Shown one piece after another: positions 26,372 to 32,704 of a stretch of DNA of 32,704 bases. Both the position numbers and the translations under genes were made by a program. The first letter of the stretch is position 1; every line of letters begins with the position of its first letter. Source of the DNA: a virus (taxonomy: Duplodnaviria > Caudoviricetes); the IMG/VR virus record IMGVR_UViG_3300037045_000332, positions 1-32,704 of that record. One strand, given 5' to 3'. The notes below the pieces were generated by a model, which saw nothing but the letters and a program-made list of their open reading frames with translations, searched no databases and was not told the DNA's origin.

Positions 26372-26892
26372 GAAGAAATAAATTGATCCATCATGAGTCT
26401 CTAGATGGTTCTCATTATGTGGGCTATACCCGAAGGGGCACAGCCTTCACCTTTGACAAAGGGGATCTTGCCCTTGTCGGACTCCATTCCTGGCATGTTT
26501 CCAAGCGGGGGTACCTTGCGACGAAATACAAGGGCAGGGTGGTTCCTCTGCACAGGCTGCTCCTTGGAAATCCCAAAGGGATGAATGTAGACCATGTCAA
26601 CCGGGATAAGATGGATAACCGCCGACGGAACCTCAGGCTCTGCACGCCTCAAGAGAACTCCTTCAATCAGAGCATCCGAAAGACAAATACGACAGGCTAT
26701 ATCGGAGTCAGTAAGGTAAAGGACAGGCATGCCTTCGAAGCCTATATCCATTATTGTGGAAGGAAATACCATATCGGGACATTCCCCGATGAGATCCTTG
26801 CAGCACGTGTTCGGGATAATGCTGCTGCCATGCTCTTTGGATCCTTCGCCAGTCTCAATTTCCCTCAAAGGCAAGGAGTTGCATCGTTTTGA
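26368..26892 (+). CDS. HNH (HNH_3-like) plus AP2-domain endonuclease
   Basis: LHRLL...VDHVNRDKMDNRRRNLR...N, then NTTGYIGVS...HIGTF...AA..RD.AA..LFG.FA.LNF. Confidence 0.88.
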   Translation: MRRNKLIHHESLDGSHYVGYTRRGTAFTFDKGDLALVGLHSWHVSKRGYLATKYKGRVVPLHRLLLGNPKGMNVDHVNRDKMDNRRRNLRLCTPQENSFNQSIRKTNTTGYIGVSKVKDRHAFEAYIHYCGRKYHIGTFPDEILAARVRDNAAAMLFGSFASLNFPQRQGVASF

Positions 26893-28484
26893 AGGAGAAG
26901 AAGCTGGATTTTGTCCCGACAAAATTCATGCTCCCCACCTCGATATATGTCCCTGAGCGGGCAGACCATACAGTGCGTTACATCGAAAACCTCCGGCACA
27001 CGAAAGGCGAATGGTACAACATGCCATTCCACCTTCTTCCCTGGCAGGAGGAGATTATCCGGAACCTGTTTGGGGTCATCAAGCCTAACGGTTTCCGGCA
27101 GTTCACCACTGCCTATGTGGAGATTGCAAAGAAGATGGGAAAGACTGAGCTTGGCGCTGCCCTGGCTCTGTACATGCTGACGGCAGATGGGGAACGAGGC
27201 GCAGAGATTTATAGCTGCGCCGCAGATCGCGCTCAGGCGAGTTTGATCTACAATGTGGCAGTGGACATGATCTCCTTAAGCCCAGCACTGAAAAAGAGAT
27301 TGAAGGTGGTCGCCTCTCAGAAGAGGATTGTCTATCCTGCCATGAACTCCTTCTATCAGGTGCTCTCTTCGGAAGCCTACTCAAAACACGGAATCTCTCC
27401 CACCGCAGTTCTCTTTGACGAGACTCATGTAGCGAACCGGGAGATGATGAATGTCATGCTCCATGGGGCTTCAGACGCAAGAAGGCAGCCGGTGAATTTT
27501 CTGATCACCACTGCAGGGAATGATTTCAACAGCATCGGCTACGAACTCCACCAGAAAGCAGTGGATGTCCTGGAAGGAAGAAAGATCGATCCCACCTTCT
27601 ATCCTACGATCTATGCCGCAGATGAAAAAGATGACTGGACGGATCCAAACGTATGGAAGAAAGCGAACCCGAGCATGGGTGTCACCGTTGCTGAAGAGAA
27701 GCTGAAGATCGCATGCGAGAATGCCCGGCAGAACGCCACAGAGGAGAACCTCTTCAAACAGCTGAGGCTTTGCATCTGGGTGAAGCAGTCCATCAGGTGG
27801 ATGCAGATGCACCACTGGGATGAATGTGACTTTGATGTGGACCCAGAGGAGCTTCGAGGACGGGAATGTTATGGAGGACTGGATCTTTCCAGCTCCATCG
27901 ACATCACCGCCTTTGTCCTCGTATTTCCGCCACGAACTGATGAGGAGAAGTTCATCATCCTTCCGTATTTCTGGATCCCTGAAGAGAACATGAGGAACCG
28001 GGTTCGAAGGGACCATGTGCCTTATGACACCTGGGAGATGCAAGGACACATCAAGACGACTCAAGGGAACGTCGTCCACTATGGCTTCATCGAGACCTTT
28101 ATCGAGGAGCTTGGAACGAAGTACAACATCAAGGAGATCGCCTTCGACAGATGGGGCGCGGTGCAGATGGTCCAGAACCTGGAAGGAATGGGCTTCACCG
28201 TAGTTCCCTTTGGTCAAGGGTATAAAGACATGTCTCCACCATCAAAGGAACTGATGAAGCTCACCCTGGAGAAGAAGATCGCCCATGGAGGAAACCCGGT
28301 CCTTCGCTGGATGATGGACAACATCTTCGTGAAGACGGATCCTGCTGGAAACATCAAGCCAGACAAAGAAAAAAGCACCGAGAAAATCGACGGTGCGGTA
28401 GCGCTGATCATGGCCCTGGATCGGGCGATCCGTAATGAGAACAAAGCAAGCATCTACGATGAAAGAGGGATCCTTGTCCTCTAA
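26889..28484 (+). CDS. terL: Terminase large subunit
   Basis: LLPWQ, KKMGKTE (Walker A), LFDE (Walker B), ITTAG, GGLDLS, FDRW and KIDGAVALIMA. Confidence 0.96.
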   Translation: MKEKKLDFVPTKFMLPTSIYVPERADHTVRYIENLRHTKGEWYNMPFHLLPWQEEIIRNLFGVIKPNGFRQFTTAYVEIAKKMGKTELGAALALYMLTADGERGAEIYSCAADRAQASLIYNVAVDMISLSPALKKRLKVVASQKRIVYPAMNSFYQVLSSEAYSKHGISPTAVLFDETHVANREMMNVMLHGASDARRQPVNFLITTAGNDFNSIGYELHQKAVDVLEGRKIDPTFYPTIYAADEKDDWTDPNVWKKANPSMGVTVAEEKLKIACENARQNATEENLFKQLRLCIWVKQSIRWMQMHHWDECDFDVDPEELRGRECYGGLDLSSSIDITAFVLVFPPRTDEEKFIILPYFWIPEENMRNRVRRDHVPYDTWEMQGHIKTTQGNVVHYGFIETFIEELGTKYNIKEIAFDRWGAVQMVQNLEGMGFTVVPFGQGYKDMSPPSKELMKLTLEKKIAHGGNPVLRWMMDNIFVKTDPAGNIKPDKEKSTEKIDGAVALIMALDRAIRNENKASIYDERGILVL

Positions 28485-28509
28485 ACTTATACATGATCTC
28501 CAGAATTCT

Positions 28510-28543
28510 CTTGCTAAATATCCTTGTTTGAGTGATATATGTA
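28510..28543 (+). promoter_or_regulatory. Promoter-like motif, copy 2
   Basis: CTTGCTA-AATATCCTTGTTT-GAGTGATA-T-ATGTA matches 24974-25007. Confidence 0.65.
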
Positions 28544-28569
28544 ATAGCAAAATATTAGGAGGTTTTATC

Positions 28570-28776
28570 ATGAAAAAAGGGGACTACATCGTAAACAAAC
28601 AGGGAAACAAAGTATACCAGATGGTTGGAAGATGGGGCAGGGAGATTGTCCTGGCCATCGCAAATGAGGATTCCGAAGAGGTCCTGGTCTACGGCGCAAA
28701 AGAGCTCGAAGAGATGATCGCAGAAGGCTGGTTCAGAAAGCTTCATCGAACTGAAGTCAGGGAGGAATCGAGATGA
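28570..28776 (+). CDS. Small hypothetical protein (68 aa)
   Basis: AGGAGGT RBS supports ATG 28570 rather than 28435. ATGA-coupled to the next gene. Confidence 0.7.
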   Translation: MKKGDYIVNKQGNKVYQMVGRWGREIVLAIANEDSEEVLVYGAKELEEMIAEGWFRKLHRTEVREESR

Positions 28777-29000
28777 GACAGGACAGGTTCTTCACCCAAA
28801 CCCACTGCGACAGATGCCACAAAGACCTAGACACTGGAAGGACCATGTCGATGTTCAACACCCAGTGCATCTGCATGACTTGTGCTGCCAAGGAAGCCAG
28901 GGATCCCGAATACAAGAAAGCAGTAGAAGCCGACCACAACGAAATCAAAAAAGGAAACTTCAACTTCGAAGGAATCAGAGGAGGCAAAAGAAATGAGTAA
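28773..29000 (+). CDS. Small Zn-binding hypothetical protein
   Basis: CDRC...CMTC pairs, RBS GGAGG, overlapping neighbours. Confidence 0.7.
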   Translation: MRQDRFFTQTHCDRCHKDLDTGRTMSMFNTQCICMTCAAKEARDPEYKKAVEADHNEIKKGNFNFEGIRGGKRNE

Positions 29001-29484
29001 AGCCGTATTCCTCAGAAAGCCAGCTGATGTGGAAGAATTGAAATCAAGAACTTTAAAGCCCTTAGAAGGCGCAAAGTTTGTCATTGAAGAGATTGTGGAG
29101 ATTTCTCAAGGTGAGTACGACCATTTCGCCGCAAACCTTCTTGATGATTACCCTTTCATTCAGGAGAACATCGAGGCGATGTACATGGACCAGGACGGCG
29201 TTTACCACTGCATCTACGTGAAGGCGGAGGGAAGCAGCGAAGGGATCCTCGTGGAAAGTGAAGGGTATGACTACGCCAGGTACGCAGCCTACCATACGGA
29301 GCCAGGATACCTGACGGAGACGATCAAGAAGCAACTACTCCGCATACGGGATTCCGGAAAGGTCAACATGCTGGACATATACGGCGTCCAAAGGGAAGCC
29401 TACATCAATGACTACTTCGAACTTGCGCTTTTCATCGATGAGCACAAGAAGGAATATATTGAATTCATATTCTATGGTAAATAG
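28993..29484 (+). CDS. Two-domain hypothetical protein (DUF6329-like plus DUF5049-like)
   Basis: FLRKP...F..NLL.DY.FI...GILVESEGYDYARY followed by IKKQLLRIRDSG.VNM.D..GVQ..A. Family names recalled from memory. Confidence 0.6.
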   Translation: MSKAVFLRKPADVEELKSRTLKPLEGAKFVIEEIVEISQGEYDHFAANLLDDYPFIQENIEAMYMDQDGVYHCIYVKAEGSSEGILVESEGYDYARYAAYHTEPGYLTETIKKQLLRIRDSGKVNMLDIYGVQREAYINDYFELALFIDEHKKEYIEFIFYGK

Positions 29485-29497
29485 GACGGTTTACCGC

Positions 29498-29522
29498 AGC
29501 ACTTCGAAAGAGGTGCTTTTTT
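29498..29522 (+). terminator. Intrinsic terminator with GAAA loop
   Basis: AGCACTTC-GAAA-GAGGTGCT followed by a T run. Confidence 0.85.
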
Positions 29523-29554
29523 CTTGCCCATTTTTAGACGAAGAAGGTGAAACA

Positions 29555-30802
29555 GTGCAAATACCTCTTTTTTCAAGGTTATTCAAGTCTCGAGACAAAC
29601 CGCTCTCAAACAGCTTCATTGGAAGCAATTACAATTTCTTCTTTGGAAGTACCAGCAGCGGAAAGACCGTGAATGAGCACACGGCCATGCAGACGACTGC
29701 GGTGTATGCCTGTGTGAGAATCCTCTCTGAGACCATCGCAAGTCTCCCGCTCCATGTCTATATTCATACCCCAAATGGAAAAGAAAAAGCGCTGGAACAA
29801 AGGCTCTACCATATCCTCCATGACGAACCCAATCCTGAGATGACTTCATTCGTGTTTAGAGAAACACTGATGAGTCATCTTTTGCTTTGGGGAAATGCTT
29901 ATGCCCAGATCATCAGGGATGGCAGGGGGAATGTCATTGCGCTCTATCCGCTACTTCCAGACAAGATGAAGGTAGACCGGACCTCCAGTGGAGAGCTCTA
30001 CTATGAGTACCTCAAAGATTCAGGATCCATCTTCCTTCGAAGTGAGGAAGTAATGCATATTCCAGGCCTTGGTTTTGATGGCCTGGTCGGATACTCCCCA
30101 ATCGCCATGGCAAAGAATGCTGTGGGCATGGCGATTGCCACAGAAGAATATGGGGCTAAACTATTCGCGAATGGCGCTAATCCCGGAGGAGTTCTAGAAC
30201 ACCCTGGTGTTGTTAAAGACCCAAAACGTGTAAGGGATAGCTGGAATGCAGTATATCAAGGTAGTAATAATGCCCATCGAGTGGCAGTGCTTGAAGAAGG
30301 GATGTCCTTTAAGCCTATAGGGATACCTCCAGAGCAAGCACAGTTCCTGGAAACGAGGAAGTTCCAGACCGAGGAGATATGTAGAATCTTCAGAGTGCCG
30401 CCCCATCTAGTAGCAAGTCTTGACAAAGCTACATTCAGCAATATTGAACACCAGTCCATCAGCTTTGTGGTGCATACCATAAGGCCGTGGCTAGTAAGGC
30501 TCGAACAATCCATGAATAAAGCGCTTTTTAGCTCATCAGATAAAGGGAAATACTTCATTAGCTTTGTTGCCGATGGACTACTCCGGGGTGATTATGCTTC
30601 AAGAATGCAGGGTTATGCGGTGGGTATTCAAAATGGCTTCTTAAGTCCAAATGATGTAAGAAGCTTAGAAAATTTGAACGCCATAGAGCATGGAGATATC
30701 TATGCAATGAATGGTAACATGATCAGGCTTGAGGATGTCGGTTCATGGAGTGATAATTATTCCGGTTTAAGTGGAGGTGAGAAAACTGAGAAGAAGGATT
30801 GA
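29555..30802 (+). CDS. Portal protein, HK97 family
   Basis: AVYACVRILSETIASLP, EPNPEMT, LLWGNAY, GYSPI, QFLETRKF, IFRVPP, FSNIE and NDVR..EN. Start placed at GTG 29555, after the terminator. Confidence 0.95.
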   Translation: MQIPLFSRLFKSRDKPLSNSFIGSNYNFFFGSTSSGKTVNEHTAMQTTAVYACVRILSETIASLPLHVYIHTPNGKEKALEQRLYHILHDEPNPEMTSFVFRETLMSHLLLWGNAYAQIIRDGRGNVIALYPLLPDKMKVDRTSSGELYYEYLKDSGSIFLRSEEVMHIPGLGFDGLVGYSPIAMAKNAVGMAIATEEYGAKLFANGANPGGVLEHPGVVKDPKRVRDSWNAVYQGSNNAHRVAVLEEGMSFKPIGIPPEQAQFLETRKFQTEEICRIFRVPPHLVASLDKATFSNIEHQSISFVVHTIRPWLVRLEQSMNKALFSSSDKGKYFISFVADGLLRGDYASRMQGYAVGIQNGFLSPNDVRSLENLNAIEHGDIYAMNGNMIRLEDVGSWSDNYSGLSGGEKTEKKD

Positions 30803-31454
30803 TTTGACGGGTGAAACTTTTGGGAATCTGCAGGTAATAAATCCTGCGGGAAAGAATAAGTTTGGACAATCGCTTTGGCATTGTCATTGCTCATGTGGAA
30901 ATAATATTACAATTCCCCTTTGCAGGCTTAGAAGCACAAATATCAAAAGTTGTGGACGATGTAAACCTAACAAACATGAAATCAATGGAGACACCGTTAG
31001 AATAACAGTAGCAAATGGAGTGAGTTTTATAGTAGATAAATTGGATTATGAAGGGGTCTCAAAAAAACCTTGGTATATCTCAGCACAAGGATACGTCACA
31101 ACGGATATTGAAGGTAAATCAGCAAAGCTTCATAATTTTTTGTTATTACCTGTTGAAGGAGAGGTTATTGATCACATCAACAGAAACAAGCTAGACAATA
31201 GAAGAAAGAATCTTCGAAAGTGTACGAAACAACAAAACTGTTTCAATCAAAGTTTAAGATACACAAATACGAGTGGATTCAAGGGAGTGACGCTGGACAA
31301 GCGAAGGAATACCTACTACTCAAGAATTACCTATGACGGAAGAACATATCATTTAGGAACTTTTAAAGCATATCAAATAATAGATGCAGCAAAGGCGTAC
31401 AACCAAAAGGCTATTGAACTTTTTGGTGAGTATGCTTTTTTAAATCCAGTATAA
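30771..31454 (+). CDS. HNH-AP2 endonuclease with an N-terminal Cys-rich domain
   Basis: DLTGETFGNL...WHCHCSCG...KSCG, IDHINRNKLDNRRKNLR, NTSGFKGV...HLGTF...AAKAYN.KA.ELFGEYA.LN. AT-rich. Exact start uncertain. Confidence 0.87.
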   Translation: MEVRKLRRRIDLTGETFGNLQVINPAGKNKFGQSLWHCHCSCGNNITIPLCRLRSTNIKSCGRCKPNKHEINGDTVRITVANGVSFIVDKLDYEGVSKKPWYISAQGYVTTDIEGKSAKLHNFLLLPVEGEVIDHINRNKLDNRRKNLRKCTKQQNCFNQSLRYTNTSGFKGVTLDKRRNTYYSRITYDGRTYHLGTFKAYQIIDAAKAYNQKAIELFGEYAFLNPV

Positions 31455-31469
31455 GAGGTGAGAAAGAGA

Positions 31470-32156
31470 ATGCATAGAAAATTTTGGAACTGGGTGGATG
31501 GAGATGAAGGTCGGACCCTCTACCTTGATGGTGCTATTGCCGAGGAGACCTGGTATGGCGATGAAGTCACCCCGAAGATGTTCAAGTCTGAGCTCATGAG
31601 TGGAGATGGCGATCTCACCATCTGGATCAACTCTCCAGGCGGCGACGTCTACGCCGCAAGTCAGATTTATAACATGCTGAAAGACTACAAGGGAAAGGTC
31701 ACCGTGAAGATCGACGGTCTTGCTGCAAGCGCAGCTTCCGTTATTGCCATGGCGGGCACGGTGGTCCTCATGTCTCCGGTCTCCATGCTCATGATCCACA
31801 ACCCCATGACCATGGCCTTTGGAGATGCGGTGGAGATGGAGAAAGCCATCGCCATGCTGGGCGAAGTTAAAGAAAGCATCATCAATGCCTATGAGATCAA
31901 GACAGGCCTCTCCAGGATAAAGCTCAGCCACTTCATGGATGCGGAGAGCTGGTTCAATGCCAAGAAGGCCGTGGAGCTTGGATTTGCAGATGGGATCCTG
32001 TTCGACAAGTCAGCAGGTGGAGCTCCTGCTTCTGATGGTGCAGTCTTCAGCAACATGGCTGTCGTAAATGCCTTTAAGGCGAAATTCCCCCCAAAGAAAG
32101 AAAAGAAGATGGAAATCAACACACTTGACAAGAGGCTAGACCTCTTGAAATTTTAG
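31470..32156 (+). CDS. ClpP-like (S14) head maturation protease
   Basis: KFWNW, INSPGGDV, GLAASAASVI, MIHNP and ESWF.A..AVELGFAD. Confidence 0.93.
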   Translation: MHRKFWNWVDGDEGRTLYLDGAIAEETWYGDEVTPKMFKSELMSGDGDLTIWINSPGGDVYAASQIYNMLKDYKGKVTVKIDGLAASAASVIAMAGTVVLMSPVSMLMIHNPMTMAFGDAVEMEKAIAMLGEVKESIINAYEIKTGLSRIKLSHFMDAESWFNAKKAVELGFADGILFDKSAGGAPASDGAVFSNMAVVNAFKAKFPPKKEKKMEINTLDKRLDLLKF

Positions 32157-32167
32157 GAGGATGAAGA

Positions 32168-32704
32168 ATGAGTAAAGTACTTGAACTAAGAGAAAAAAGG
32201 GCCAAAGCCTGGGAAGCTGCGAAAGCTTTCCTGGACACCAAAAGAGGACACGATGGACTGATCTCTGCAGAGGACACCGCAACCTATGAAAAGATGGAAG
32301 CCGATGTCGTCAGCCTTGGGAAGGAAATTGACAGGCTGGAGCGTCAGAACGCCCTTGACCTTGAACTATCCCGTGCGGTGAATATGCCCCTCACCGGAAA
32401 GCCAGCGTCTCACATGGAAGGCAAGTCAGGTCGCGCAACGGACGAATATAAGAATGCCTTCTGGAAGGCGCTAAGGAACAAGAACAGCTTCGATGTCCAG
32501 AACGCGCTGCAAGTAGGAACGGACAGTGAAGGGGGATACCTCGCACCTGACGAGTTTGAAAGGGTACTGATCCAGGCACTGGAGGAAGAGAATCTCTTTA
32601 GAAGCCTTGCGAAGATCATCACCACGTCTTCAGGGGACAGGAAAATCCCTGTTGTGGCATCAAAGGGTACCGCATCCTGGGTGGATGAAGAAGGTGCGAT
32701 CCCC
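32168..32704 (+). CDS. Major capsid protein, HK97 family (3' truncated by the window)
   Basis: Not in the ORF track because it has no stop. Manual translation from ATG 32168 (RBS AGGAGG): MSKVLELREKRAKAWEAAKAFLD...ALQVGTDSEGGYLAPDEFE...ASWVDEEGAIP. Confidence 0.93.
   Translation, partial: MSKVLELREKRAKAWEAAKAFLDTKRGHDGLISAEDTATYEKMEADVVSLGKEIDRLERQNALDLELSRAVNMPLTGKPASHMEGKSGRATDEYKNAFWKALRNKNSFDVQNALQVGTDSEGGYLAPDEFERVLIQALEEENLFRSLAKIITTSSGDRKIPVVASKGTASWVDEEGAIP

Larger units (their letters stand above)
11295..32704 (+). mobile_element. Prophage (HK97-type head, PolA/SNF2/DUF927 replication module), left part; continues beyond the window
   Basis: Ordered replication, packaging and head genes all on the + strand. 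No att site or integrase is seen, so the left boundary is approximate and could include the defence genes. Confidence 0.93.

Noticed and set aside
26368-26892. Group I intron or intein around the HNH-AP2 genes
   Set aside because: terS, terL, portal and protease are each complete, normal-length ORFs with no flanking non-coding space for intron structure.
27471-28217. 248-aa antisense ORF inside terL, and similar reverse ORFs within SNF2, primase, 25483-26164, 26401-26922 and the protease
   Set aside because: They are shadows of well-supported + strand genes with biased codon usage, and show no recognisable motifs.
29408-29554. N-terminal extension of portal in the ORF track
   Set aside because: It crosses the upstream gene and a terminator. 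GTG 29555 gives a typical portal N-terminus.

Overview
The window has two co-oriented (+ strand) blocks from a Firmicutes-like (probably Clostridia) genome. Block 1 (1-11.2 kb) is an AT-rich candidate defence island. It begins with a tightly coupled four-gene operon of uncharacterised proteins: an HhH-GPD DNA-glycosylase-like protein, a PD-(D/E)XK nuclease with an extra C-terminal domain, a small membrane-anchored protein and a HEPN-motif protein. A three-gene operon follows, with a UvrD helicase/Fe-S nuclease fusion ahead of a Type III-like Mod and Res pair. Block 2 (11.3 kb to the end) is the left part of a more GC-rich HK97-type prophage. It has a sigma-A promoter with a LexA (SOS) box, then a Cro-like HTH gene, a frame-split SNF2 helicase, a putative SSB, a family A DNA polymerase, an AEP/DUF927 primase-helicase and an iteron-rich putative origin. 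After these come VRR-NUC, a late activator, a DUF4238 moron, HNH/cos, a ParB-methyltransferase, TerS, TerL, portal, ClpP-like protease and a truncated major capsid gene. Two free-standing HNH-AP2 endonucleases and two cassettes with their own promoter and terminator are embedded in the late operon. No integrase, CI repressor, tRNA, rRNA or CRISPR array is visible. All family calls come from motif recognition by eye, not database searches.
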